The position numbers and the translations under genes were made by a program. Under the pieces are notes generated by a model. That model made no database searches. It was given only the letters and a program-made list of their open reading frames with translations, and was not told where the DNA came from. A stretch of DNA of 39,458 nucleotides from Eubacteriales bacterium (GTDB taxonomy: Bacteria; Bacillota; Clostridia; Oscillospirales; CAG-272), in the NCBI GenBank assembly GCA_045596205.1, contig JAZOBX010000337.1, positions 1 to 39,458 of the forward strand, given 5' to 3'. This document shows, piece by piece, positions 8,802 to 18,600 of the stretch. Each line of letters opens with the position of its first letter. Positions within the stretch are counted from its first letter, which is position 1.

Positions 8802-8839
8802 AGGACTGCTGCGAACAATTCGCAACAGTCCTTTTTTTT
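8802..8839. terminator. Bidirectional terminator between convergent holA and parC
   Basis: Stem aggactgctgcgaa / ttcgcaacagtcct (13-14 bp with one G-U/mismatch), loop caa, flanked by AAA on the 5' side and TTTTTTTT on the 3' side. Confidence 0.75.
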
Positions 8840-8890
8840 GAGGAACTTTAATAGGGGTTTTTAAAAAAACCGTGTAATTTGGATGGAAAA

Positions 8891-11008
8891 TCAGTTTTCT
8901 TCCTGGTACGCCTTCACAAAGAGCGGATTGCCGGGGGCTTTCACCGCGCGGATACCGCAGGTCTTTCTGCCCGTGGGCTCAATGGACTCGCGGTAGGTCT
9001 TCTTTTTGCCGCTGTCGGTTTCGTAGGCCATGTGATGGGCGGGGCGTCTGATGCCTACGTAGATGAGATAGTCCCCGTCTTTGAGCTTCAGGGCGTCAAA
9101 CTTGTTTCTGCGGATGCAGTATTCACCCAGCTCAGAGCATTTCAGCATACCCTTTGCGGTGGCAAACAGTACCTTATCCTTGGCATCGTCGCCTTTGGCT
9201 TCGGCAATGCAGAGAATCCGTCTGTCGTCGAAATTCATAATCAGCTTTTCGGGAATAGAGCCTTTGTCCTTAGATTTGCCTTCGGGAATGACATCCACCT
9301 TCATTTGGTAGCACATTCCCTTTGCGCCAAATACCAAAAGCACGCGGTCGGTTTTGGTGATGACGTAGCGTTCTTTGGGAATGGGGGTCGCTTTGCTTAG
9401 ATTTTCAAAGGCCTTTTCGGTAATACGGTGCAAGCAACTGTTATCGTCCACGTATACCACAGCGGTTTCCACCGTCTTGAAGGCATCGCGGGAGATGTCT
9501 TCTTCCACATGGTCGTATTTTACTTCGGTCAGACGGGGGTCGGTAAACTGGCGGCGGATTTGCTGGAGCGAATGCTTCACCACGGTGTTCAGCTTTGCCT
9601 TGCTTTCCAGAATCGGTTCCAACTCAGCAATCTGCGCTCTCACCTCTGCCAGCTCCTTTTCCACGCTCTCCACCTCAAGGGCGGTGATTCTGCGGAGCTT
9701 CATTTCCAGAATCGCGTGGGCCTGGTTTTCGGTCAAACGGAAGGTTTGGCACAACGCTTCTTTGGCAATAGCGGCGGTGCGGGAGGAACGGATGATGGCG
9801 ATCACTTGATCGATGTTTTGCGCCGCCACGGAAAGGCCTACCAGAATTTCTTCTCTTGTCCGCAGCTGTTTCAGATCGTATTCGATACGAGAGCGTTCCA
9901 CGCGGCAGCGGAATTCGGTATAATAGCGAATGGCGTCCAGTAGCCCCAGCTGACGGGGCTTGCCTTCTGCGATGGCAACCATATTCACGCCGATGTTCTT
10001 TTGCAGGTCGGTATATTTATAGAGATACGCCAGCATACGGGCGGCATCGCATCCCTTTTTCAGCTCGATCACGGAGCGGATACCCGTTCTGTCCGACTCG
10101 TCGCGGATGTCGGTAATCTGGGCAATGATTTCCTTTTTCCCTTGGGCGTGCTCCAGAATTTTAGCCAGCAGGTCGGCTTTGTTGGTCTGGAAGGGGAACT
10201 CGGTGATGACAATCTGAGGCTTGCCCTCGGGGGAGGTTTCAATATGCGCTTTTGCTCTTACCGTTATCTTGCCTGCGCCCGTGGCGTAAATCTGTTTCAT
10301 GGCCTCGCCGTTGATAATGATACCGCCTGTGGGGAAGTCGGGAGCGGGGATGATTTGCATCATCTCTTCTAAGGTGATACGGGGGTGAGACAGATAGGCA
10401 ATCACACCGTCAATGACTTCTGCGGGATGATGAGGCGGAATGCTGGTGGCAAGACCCACCGCAATACCGCTGGCGCCGTTGATGAGCAGGTTAGGGAAGA
10501 GAGTGGGCAGAATGTCGGGCTCTTTTCTGGTGTCGTCAAAGTTCAGCGACCAGGTCACCGTCTCTTTTGGCAGATAGGTCATCATGGAGAGGGCGGGAGA
10601 CGCCAGTCTCGCCTCGGTATAACGGAAGGCGGCGGCAGGGTCACCGTCCATAGAACCGAAGTTGCCGTTGCCCTCTACCAGCGGCACGCGCATATTGAAA
10701 TCCTGGGCCAGGCGCACCATGGTTTCGTAAATGGAGGAGTCACCGTGGGGATGGTATTTCGCCATGGTTTCTCCCACGATGTTGGCAGATTTACGGAAGG
10801 GCTTGTCAGGGGTGAGCCCCTGCTCGTACATCACGTACAGCACCCTTCTTTGCACAGGCTTCAGACCGTCCTCCACGCGGGGAATGGCGCGGTCCAAAAT
10901 CACGTGCTCCGAATAGGGAATCATGCTGTCGTGCATGACGGTCTCCATGGTTTTGTCCTGGTAGACCGTTCTATCAATATGTTCTTTTTTTTCTGTTTTC
11001 TTTCTCAA
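8891..11008 (-). CDS. parC: Type IIA topoisomerase subunit A, ParC-like (short C-terminal domain)
   Basis: Motifs [24 protein letters not shown] and the catalytic-Tyr motif [10 protein letters not shown]. At 705 aa, the C-terminal domain is only ~200 aa. It lies immediately downstream of the B subunit. The TTG start at 11008 is tentative; ATG alternatives lie 20-24 codons downstream. Confidence 0.75.
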   Translation of the reverse strand: MRKKTEKKEHIDRTVYQDKTMETVMHDSMIPYSEHVILDRAIPRVEDGLKPVQRRVLYVMYEQGLTPDKPFRKSANIVGETMAKYHPHGDSSIYETMVRLAQDFNMRVPLVEGNGNFGSMDGDPAAAFRYTEARLASPALSMMTYLPKETVTWSLNFDDTRKEPDILPTLFPNLLINGASGIAVGLATSIPPHHPAEVIDGVIAYLSHPRITLEEMMQIIPAPDFPTGGIIINGEAMKQIYATGAGKITVRAKAHIETSPEGKPQIVITEFPFQTNKADLLAKILEHAQGKKEIIAQITDIRDESDRTGIRSVIELKKGCDAARMLAYLYKYTDLQKNIGVNMVAIAEGKPRQLGLLDAIRYYTEFRCRVERSRIEYDLKQLRTREEILVGLSVAAQNIDQVIAIIRSSRTAAIAKEALCQTFRLTENQAHAILEMKLRRITALEVESVEKELAEVRAQIAELEPILESKAKLNTVVKHSLQQIRRQFTDPRLTEVKYDHVEEDISRDAFKTVETAVVYVDDNSCLHRITEKAFENLSKATPIPKERYVITKTDRVLLVFGAKGMCYQMKVDVIPEGKSKDKGSIPEKLIMNFDDRRILCIAEAKGDDAKDKVLFATAKGMLKCSELGEYCIRRNKFDALKLKDGDYLIYVGIRRPAHHMAYETDSGKKKTYRESIEPTGRKTCGIRAVKAPGNPLFVKAYQEEN

Positions 11009-11044
11009 GGGAGCATCCTACTTTCTTTTGATGAGTGACCTATC

Positions 11045-13018
11045 TTACAGGTTGATTTTTTCTGCGAAACCGTCAATTTTGGAGAAGTTGGCGTTTTCAA
11101 TGATATAGGCGCGTCTCATTTCGCTGTTGTCCCCCATGAGGATGGTCACCAGACGCTCTGCATCTGCCACGTCCTCAATGGTCACCCGCACCATAGAGCG
11201 GTGTTCGGGGTTCATGGTGGTTTCCCAAAGCAGGGAAGGATTCATTTCGCCAAGACCCTTGTAGCGGGTAATCATCACGCTGTTTGACCCGCCCAGCTTC
11301 TTCGTCGCCTCTTCGCATTCCTCGTCGGTGTAGGCGTAAAGGGTTTCCTGATTTGACTTTTTCATAATGCGATAGAGGGGAGGCATACCGATAAACACGT
11401 GCCCCTCGGTAATCAGCGGCCGCATATACCGATAAAAGAAGGTCAGCAGCAGGGCGCGAATGTGGGCACCGTCCTGGTCCGCATCCGCCAAAATCACCAC
11501 CTTGTGGTATTTCAGATTTTCCAGGCGGAATTCTTCCCCAATGCCTGTTCCGAGAGCAGTGATAATGGAGCAGATCTCTTCGTTGTCCAGAATCTGGTCC
11601 AGCCGTCTTTTTTCGCTGTTCAGGGGTTTACCGCGCAGGGGCAGAATGGCTTGAAAATGGCGGTCTCTCGCCTGCTTTGCGCTACCGCCTGCGGATTCAC
11701 CCTCAACGATAAACATTTCGTTTTTCAGAGGATCTCTGCCAATACTGGCGGCGAATTTGCCCACCAGCGTGGATACGTCAAGGCTGTTTTTCTGTCTGGC
11801 AATGGCGTTGGCGCGCTTGGTGGCCTCACGGACGTTGCGGGCGTATTTTGCCTTGTCCAAAATCACTTTTACAATGTCTTCGTTGCGAATGTTTTGCACG
11901 AAGCGGGAGAGCTGCTCAGCTACCACAGTCTCTACCGCAGTCTTTACGCTGGCATTCCCCAGCTTGGCTTTGGTCTGCCCCTCAAACTGGGCATCCCGCA
12001 TTTTTACCAGAATAATGGCGCTCATGCCGTCGCGGAAGTCCTCACCGGTGAAGTTGTCTTCTTTTTCCTTGAGCACACCCATTTCCTTGGCGGCGGCGTT
12101 GAGTACTTTGGTAACCGCCAGCTTGAAGCCTGTCTCATGGGTACCGCCTTCCACGGTGCGAATGTTGTTGACGTAAGACACGATGGAATCGTTGTATGCA
12201 TCGGTATGCTGGAGCGCCACCTGCACAGATACGCCGTCTGCTTCACCCGAGAGCAGAATCGGCTCGGGGTAAGCAGGGGTTTTGGAGTTGTTCAGATAGC
12301 GGATAAAGTCCACGATACCGCCGCTGAAGCAGTAGGTTTTTTCCTGCTCTTCGAGGGGTTTGCGTAAATCGTAAAATACGAAGGTCACACCTGCGTTGAG
12401 AAACGCCAGCTCGCGGAGCTTCTGACGGATCAGGTGTCCGTCGGGCTTGGTGGTGGAAAAGACCAGACCGTCGGGCTTAAAATGCACCTTGGTGCCTTGC
12501 TCGGTGGTGCTTCCGCCTGCGCGGAGACGTTTTTTTACCGCCCCGGGCACGATTTCGCCGTTTTCGTCTTTATAGCTGTGGAATTCCGCCCGATGAATTT
12601 TGCCGTTGCGGTAGACCTCGCAGGTCAGCCAGGTGGAGAGGGCGTTCACGACTGCCGCGCCCACACCGTGGAGGCCGCCTGAGATCTGATAGCTTTTATC
12701 GTCAAACTTACCGCCTGCGTGGAGTTGGGTAAAAATCAGCTCCACACCCGAAATCTTTTTATCGGGGTGAATGTCCACGGGCATACCTCTGCCGTTGTCG
12801 GTGACGATCATACTGTTGTCTTCACAAACGGTGACCGTAATGCGATTGGCGTAACCGTTGACCGCCTCGTCCACTGCATTGTCTAAAATTTCCCACAGCA
12901 AATGGTGCATCCCCTTGCTGTCGGTATCGCCGATATACATACCCGGGCGCACACGGACGGGGCGAAGCCCCTCCAGCACCGTTAAAGCATCAGCGGTATA
13001 TTTGGTTTGATTTGCCAT
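11045..13018 (-). CDS. parE: Type IIA topoisomerase subunit B, ParE-like
   Basis: RBS GGAGAAACAGA-ATG. GHKL ATPase motifs (LEGLRPVRVRPGMYIGDT, LLWEILDNAVDE, GLHGVGAAVVNALS) and Toprim motifs (EMFIVEGESAGGSAKQ, ILADADQDGAHI). Confidence 0.8.
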   Translation of the reverse strand: MANQTKYTADALTVLEGLRPVRVRPGMYIGDTDSKGMHHLLWEILDNAVDEAVNGYANRITVTVCEDNSMIVTDNGRGMPVDIHPDKKISGVELIFTQLHAGGKFDDKSYQISGGLHGVGAAVVNALSTWLTCEVYRNGKIHRAEFHSYKDENGEIVPGAVKKRLRAGGSTTEQGTKVHFKPDGLVFSTTKPDGHLIRQKLRELAFLNAGVTFVFYDLRKPLEEQEKTYCFSGGIVDFIRYLNNSKTPAYPEPILLSGEADGVSVQVALQHTDAYNDSIVSYVNNIRTVEGGTHETGFKLAVTKVLNAAAKEMGVLKEKEDNFTGEDFRDGMSAIILVKMRDAQFEGQTKAKLGNASVKTAVETVVAEQLSRFVQNIRNEDIVKVILDKAKYARNVREATKRANAIARQKNSLDVSTLVGKFAASIGRDPLKNEMFIVEGESAGGSAKQARDRHFQAILPLRGKPLNSEKRRLDQILDNEEICSIITALGTGIGEEFRLENLKYHKVVILADADQDGAHIRALLLTFFYRYMRPLITEGHVFIGMPPLYRIMKKSNQETLYAYTDEECEEATKKLGGSNSVMITRYKGLGEMNPSLLWETTMNPEHRSMVRVTIEDVADAERLVTILMGDNSEMRRAYIIENANFSKIDGFAEKINL

Positions 13019-13043
13019 TCTGTTTCTCCGTTCCGTCTTTTTC

Positions 13044-13613
13044 TCAGAGGGTGATCAGTCCCTTTTGGATCATTTGGTGCAGCCTTAGCACCGCGCATTG
13101 GGTCTTGCCGTCGGGCCATTCGCCTGCCAGTACCTTGTCTACCGCCTCTTCCAGTTTCATTTTGGAGACGGTCACATATTCCCCCTCGTCGGGGTGGGGG
13201 TTGCCTTCTTTTAGGTCAAGGGCGGCAAACATATAGATTTTTTCGTCTAAAATGGCGGGAGAGCCCAGATAAAGCCCCAGCGACACCAAGCGACCTGCTT
13301 TCATGCCCGTTTCTTCCTCCAGCTCGCGAAGAGCGGCGTGCTCGGGTAGCTCGTCGGTTGAATCCAGCTTGCCCGCAGGAATTTCGGTCATATAGCGCCC
13401 CACCGCATAGCGGTATTGGTTTACCAGAGTCACGTTACCCTCGCGGTCAACGGCAATGACGCAAACCGCTCCCTTGTGGCGGATGACCTCCCGAATAGAG
13501 GTTGATTGATCGGGCAAGCGCACCGTATCCACGTGAAGCGAAAGCACCCGTCCTTCAAACAGGCATTCGCCACTGGCTTTGATTTCTTCTCCTATGGGGG
13601 ACTGTTTCTCCAC
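13044..13613 (-). CDS. nudF: ADP-ribose pyrophosphatase (NUDIX hydrolase)
   Basis: Nudix box GKLDSTDELPEHAALRELEEETG. The start is set to GTG 13613, with AAGGAG 6 nt upstream and 8 nt after the stop of the preceding gene. The longer TTG-initiated track ORF would overlap that gene. Confidence 0.75.
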   Translation of the reverse strand: MEKQSPIGEEIKASGECLFEGRVLSLHVDTVRLPDQSTSIREVIRHKGAVCVIAVDREGNVTLVNQYRYAVGRYMTEIPAGKLDSTDELPEHAALRELEEETGMKAGRLVSLGLYLGSPAILDEKIYMFAALDLKEGNPHPDEGEYVTVSKMKLEEAVDKVLAGEWPDGKTQCAVLRLHQMIQKGLITL

Positions 13614-13632
13614 GGCAGACTCCTTAAAAAAT

Positions 13633-14076
13633 CTATTTTTGACTATAATCGTTTTCATTATAATCAAATTTTTTCTCCTTGTCAAGTATGGAAAGAGGGG
13701 GAATTTTCCGAAAAAGCGTAAAACCTATCCCTAAAACAAAGCAAATCCCCCACCAAAGCAGGCTGAAGGGCAGGCAGATTTGTCCCAGCAGCTGATAGGG
13801 CATTTTACGGTAATCCCATACCCCCAGCCCCAGCCACAGATTGCATACCGCTCCAAATAAAAATTCCACCCCCGTCACCGACACCGCCCCGAGGGTGGCA
13901 CGCCAAAATAGAGAGGGTATTTTGGGAGAAGTTAAAGCCAAATAAATTAAAAATGCAGATAACCCCCCTGCAAACGCCATAGAAATATGGGTTCTTCCGC
14001 GCCAAATCATCTCTCCTATAGGATACAAAACCGTTCCCAAAACGCCAAAAAATAAACCTTTTTGCCACCGTTTCAT
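13633..14076 (-). CDS. Small polytopic membrane protein (CmpB/DUF1113-like, 'putative ABC-transporter type IV' family)
   Basis: Four or five hydrophobic segments. ..PIGEMIWRGRTHISMAFAGGLS.. resembles the family signature E..w.G....S.wm...yG. RBS GAAAGGAAAACACC-ATG. Confidence 0.45.
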   Translation of the reverse strand: MKRWQKGLFFGVLGTVLYPIGEMIWRGRTHISMAFAGGLSAFLIYLALTSPKIPSLFWRATLGAVSVTGVEFLFGAVCNLWLGLGVWDYRKMPYQLLGQICLPFSLLWWGICFVLGIGFTLFRKIPPLSILDKEKKFDYNENDYSQK

Positions 14077-14150
14077 GGTGTTTTCCTTTCGTTTTTTATT
14101 CAGTTTTCAGTAAAAAAGCAAAAAATATGTGTCTGTTTTCAGAAAAACAC

Positions 14151-14179
14151 TTGCAAAAGTCATGCAAATTTGCTATGAT
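14151..14179 (+). promoter_or_regulatory. Candidate promoter of the isomerase/epimerase gene
   Basis: TTGCAA (14151-14156), a 17-nt spacer, then TATGAT (14174-14179). Confidence 0.5.
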
Positions 14180-14223
14180 GAACACAGAAAGATATTTTTA
14201 TTTTATAAAAGGAGAACTTTTAT

Positions 14224-15192
14224 ATGAAACTTGGCGTACTTACCAACCTGTTTGGCCAAATGTCTTTGGAAGAAGCCCTGACCGTGTTTGAAGGACTGGG
14301 CATTGAAGCAGTCGAAATCGGTTGCGGCGGCTATCCCGGAAAAGCCCATTGCGACCCCGATATTCTGCTCCATGATGACAAAGCGTTGGCAGATTTTCAA
14401 AACTCCCTGAAAGCCCACAATATGTCTCTTTCCTGCCTGTCCGTCCATGGCAACGCCGTTCATCCCGATAAGGAAGTAGCGGCAAAATTCCACCGCGACT
14501 GGGAAAATGCAGTTCTTCTGGCAGAAAAGCTGGGCGTTGACACCATCGTGACCTTCTCAGGTTGCCCCGGTGGCTCTCCCGAAGATAAAATGCCCAACTG
14601 GGCAACCTGCGCTTGGCCTCCCGAATACCTCCAGGTGCTGGATTACCAATGGAACGACGTGATCATTCCTTACTGGAAGGAACAGGCGGCTTTCGCAAAA
14701 GCACACGGCGTGACCAAAATCGCTTTTGAAATGCACCCCGGATTTTGCGTATACAACCCCGAAACCCTGCTGAAGCTCCGCGCCGCTGTGGGTGACGTGA
14801 TCGGCGCCAACTTTGACCCCTCTCACCTGATCTGGCAAGGTATTGACCCCGTTGCCGCTATCCGCGAGCTGACAGGCGCAATCTACCACTTCCATGCAAA
14901 AGACACCAAAATCGACCGGATCAACACCGCCAAATTCGGCGTGCTGGATACCAAGCATTACAGCGACGAGCTCCACCGCAGCTGGATTTTCCGTTCCGTT
15001 GGCTTTGGCAACGGTCAGGACTACTGGAGAGATATGATCTCCGCCCTCCGTCTGGCAGGCTACGACAAGGTGATGAGCATTGAACACGAAGACAGCCTCA
15101 TGACCCCCATGGAAGGTCTGACCCACGCCGTCCGTTTCCTGCAAAACTCCATCATCAAGGAACCCAAGCCCGGCACTATGTCTTGGGCATAA
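14224..15192 (+). CDS. Sugar phosphate isomerase/epimerase (xylose-isomerase-like TIM barrel, AP_endonuc_2)
   Basis: RBS AAAGGAGAAC. The sequence ..LGIEAVEIGCGGYPG..H...., ..AEKLGVDTIVTFSG.., ..AFEMHPGF.., ..HFHAKD.., ..MSIEHED.. matches the family's conserved metal-binding E/D/H/E pattern. Confidence 0.7.
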   Translation: MKLGVLTNLFGQMSLEEALTVFEGLGIEAVEIGCGGYPGKAHCDPDILLHDDKALADFQNSLKAHNMSLSCLSVHGNAVHPDKEVAAKFHRDWENAVLLAEKLGVDTIVTFSGCPGGSPEDKMPNWATCAWPPEYLQVLDYQWNDVIIPYWKEQAAFAKAHGVTKIAFEMHPGFCVYNPETLLKLRAAVGDVIGANFDPSHLIWQGIDPVAAIRELTGAIYHFHAKDTKIDRINTAKFGVLDTKHYSDELHRSWIFRSVGFGNGQDYWRDMISALRLAGYDKVMSIEHEDSLMTPMEGLTHAVRFLQNSIIKEPKPGTMSWA

Positions 15193-15470
15193 GCGTGTTC
15201 CCTTCATGGGAACACGCAGCGATATAAATCCCTTTCGGGATTTGCGCATACCGCTTTGCGGTATATTGTGTCATTCGTCGTGTTCGCCCGACGAACAGCA
15301 AATATGCTTTTGTATTTCTCGCCAAAGGCGAGATATGCAAAAAGCGTGAAGGGGATTTATATCATATCGCACCGAGCATAGCGAGGTATATCGCAACTGA
15401 GTGTAGCGAGGTTATATCGCATTCACTTGTGAGGATATATTTCACAAGTGAATATATCGCCTTATAGAAA
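15193..15470. repeat. Mosaic hairpin-array intergenic repeat (GCGATAT/ATATCGC word type), copy A
   Basis: Starts 1 nt after the stop codon. A 10-bp hairpin at 15193-15217 is followed by hairpins aaatccc/gggattt, ataccgc/gcggtat, ttcgtcg/cgacgaa, tctcgcc/ggcgaga and 15421-15453 (12 bp). The word GCGATAT occurs at 15219 and ATATCGC at 15364, 15388, 15414 and 15454. The 88-nt core 15218-15305 is 92% identical to the reverse complement of 33969-34056. Confidence 0.7.
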
Positions 15471-15480
15471 AATAGAAAAA

Positions 15481-15512
15481 GAGAGAACGTTTCGACTCGT
15501 TCTCTCTTTTTT
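15481..15512. terminator. Rho-independent terminator (bidirectional shape)
   Basis: gagagaacg / cgttctctc (9 bp, loop tttcgact), flanked by AAAAA on the 5' side and TTTTTT on the 3' side. Confidence 0.7.
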
Positions 15513-15646
15513 CGTTTGTGTCATCCATAATTGTTATACCAATGTTCACAATTTATTAGTTGATTCGGTAGTATGGGTAGATTAAAATGATATTGTAAGA
15601 TGTAAAATATTCCAATAAAAAAACGCCTCAGGCGGGAAAGGGCAAA

Positions 15647-18600
15647 ATGAAGAAGATCGTAAGTGTTTTGATTGACCGACGCTATATTGTTTTGGCGGTG
15701 ATGCTGGTGATCGCCACCCTTTGCGGCGCTCTTGTCTTTGCCGTCCCCGTCAATTTGGACCGAAGCAAATACCTGGCAGACGACTCTAACATGAAAGAGG
15801 GCATGAGTATCATGGACTCTGCCTTCCCCGAATTGGAAGAAAAATCCTCTATCCGCGTTATGTTCAGCGATCTGACCGCAGAGCAGACCGCAGACGTTCT
15901 GGCAAGACTGAAGGCGATTCCCAACGTCAGCAGCGTGACCTACGATGCGGAAAGCGAGGACTATAACAAAGTGAACCGTACGCTCTTTGTGGTCAACACG
16001 AAATTCGAGTATTTTACCGACGAAGAAAAAGCCATTGAAAATGCGATAGAAAAAGGCTTTCCCGAATACGAAATGACGTACAAAAACAACGATCTTCCCG
16101 CCACGGAAGTGCCTATCTGGCTGTTGGCATCTGCGGTGGGGATGGCGGTCATCATTCTTTTGTTTTTGTGCGAATCCTGGCTGGAACCGTTTATATATCT
16201 TCTTACGTTGGGCATCGGCGTGGTCATCAATTTCGGCACCAATATTGTTTTGCCCTACATTGATGAAATGACCCTGACCATCGGTCCTATTCTTCAGCTT
16301 GTGCTGTCCATGGACTATTCTCTGATGCTCATGAGCCGCTACCGTCAGGAGAAAGCCCACTGCCAAAGCAAAACCGACGCCATGAAGGCCGCCCTTGCAG
16401 GCTCCGTTTCCTCTATCGCATCCAGCGCCTTTACTACGGTGGTGGGCTTGCTTTCGCTGGTATTTCTCAGCTTTAAGCTGGGTCCTGAGTTGGGGATCGT
16501 GTTGGCAAAGGGTGTGGTTGTGGGTATGCTTTGCGTATTTACGCTTTTGCCCACCTTCATTCTGATGGCAGATAAATGGCTGGAAAAAACGGCTAAAAAA
16601 GCCTTACACGTCAAAATAGACGGACTTGCCAAGTATAGCTACAAGGCAAGACGTTTCATGCCCCTCGTGTTTGTTCTGCTTTTGGTAGGCTCCTTTATTT
16701 TGCAGAGCTTTACCGCCATTACCTTCACGGAAAAAATCGACGATCCCTTGGCAGAGGTGTTTCCAAAAGACAATACCCTTGCCCTGATTTACAGCACCGC
16801 CGACGAAGCAAAAATAGACGAAATCATTCTTGCGCTGGAGCAGGACGGCAGAGTCAAAAGTGTGCTGGGCTATACCAACACTCTGGGCAAAGAAATGAAC
16901 GCCGGGGAAATGAGTCGGGCTCTCGCTGCTTTGGGAGGGGATCTCCCTTTGGACGAAACGCTTTTGCGTATGCTGTATTATCTGGAAGCGGGCGGCGTGG
17001 CGCCTACCGTCACCGCAGGAGAGCTCTTTTCCTTCCTTTTGGAGAAGGTGATCCCTAATCCCCAGCTGAGCGGATATTTAGACCAAAGTGTCCTTGAAAA
17101 TGCGGCGTATCTGGGAAAATTTACGTCCAAAGAGCTTCTGACAAGGGAAATATCCTCTTCTGAAATGGCAGAATTTCTGGGCGCGGAGCAGGAGGGCTTG
17201 GAGCAGCTGTATCTCTACTACTTCATGCAAAACGGTGTGGAAAACAGCGGAGAAATGACTGTTTCCGCCTTCGTGGATTTTCTGCTGAATACAGTCGCAA
17301 AGGATGAACTCTACGGTACTATGCTGGATGCCGAGGTGCAAAAAAACCTGACCCGTCTTGAAATATTCACGAAAACAGAAAACCTTGAAACCCAGTACAC
17401 CGCGGCTGACCTTGCCTCTCTGCTGGGCGAAAGCGAAACCCTTGTCAGAACCGTGTTTTTCCTGAATGGGCTAAAGCAAACCATGTCTCCCGAGGAATTT
17501 GTGTCTGCCGTACTCTCAAACGTGCTTTTCACAGGCACTATGGACAAAGAGACCCTTGCGCAGCTCCAGACCCTCCAAAAGGTCATAGACGCCACCAATC
17601 ATAAAGCTTCCCTGAACTCTGCCGAGATGGCAGCTATTTTGGGCATAGAGCAAGCGCAGGCAGAGCAGCTGTATGTACTTCGTCTGTATCACACCGCCCC
17701 CTCCGAGTGGAAGCTGTCTCCCCACCGTTTTATTTCCTTCGTGGCAACAAAAGTGCTGGGCGATCCCGCTTTTGTCGAAATGATTGACCAAAAAACCGCC
17801 GCAGACCTGCAAACGGCGCATACTCTGACGTCTGCCGTTCTGTCAGACAAAGCCTACACCAAAGAAGAGATGACCGCCCTCCTTTCCTCCTTTACGGAGG
17901 GCGTATCTGCCGAGCAGACAGAGGTGCTGTATCTCCTGTACGGCGGCAGTCAGATCAGCGACGGCAGTACCATGACCGTGGTTTCTCTCTTTGACTTTAT
18001 TTCCGACAGCTTTCTCCAAGACCCAAGATTTGCAGACCTTTTGGACGAACAGGCGAAAGCGGAGATTTCGGCAGGGAAGGCTAAGCTCAGCGACGCGATT
18101 GCCCAGCTGAAAGGGGATACCTACTCGCGGCTTGTGATCACCTCGGATTATCCCGACGAATCCCCCGAAACCCTTACCTTTGTGACAAATCTCGGCGCGC
18201 TTTGCGAAAGCCGTCTGGATACCTATTATCTGGTAGGCAATTCGGCAATGGTCAGCGAAATTGAAGAAACCTTCCGTCAAGAATACCTGATGATCACCCT
18301 CATCACCGCTCTGTCCGTTTTCGTGGTGGTGCTGTTTGCCTTCCGCCGCCCCATTCTGCCCTTGCTTTTGACCTTGGTGGTGCAATGCGGCGTGTTTATT
18401 ACGGTAACGGCGCTGGGCATATACAGCGGCTCTATCTTTTATCTTGCCCTTTTGGTGGTGCAAAGCATTCTGATGGGTGCCACCATTGACTACGGTATTG
18501 TGTTCTGTAACGCCTATAGAGAGAGCAGACCCCACACCGACGCCTTCGGCGCCTTGCGGAAGGCATACGAAAGCTCTATGCATACCGTTCTGGCATCGGG

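Noticed and set aside
8891..13018. Calling the topoisomerase pair gyrB/gyrA
   Set aside because: The A subunit is only 705 aa with a short C-terminal domain and no obvious GyrA-box-containing pinwheel of full length. The pair is not next to dnaA/dnaN/recF. ParE/ParC is more likely, but the distinction cannot be proven from this window.
13614..13685. Longer TTG-initiated N-terminus for the NUDIX gene
   Set aside because: It would overlap the 3' end of the upstream membrane-protein gene (stop at 13633). GTG 13613 has an AAGGAG RBS at ideal spacing, and the resulting N-terminus matches NudF proteins.
15360..15470. CRISPR-like appearance of the ATATCGC-plus-variable-insert arrays (also 33790-34056)
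   Set aside because: The constant unit is only 7 nt and the spacing is irregular (24-40 nt). The 'spacers' are self-complementary hairpins, the word flips polarity within a locus, and no cas genes are present.
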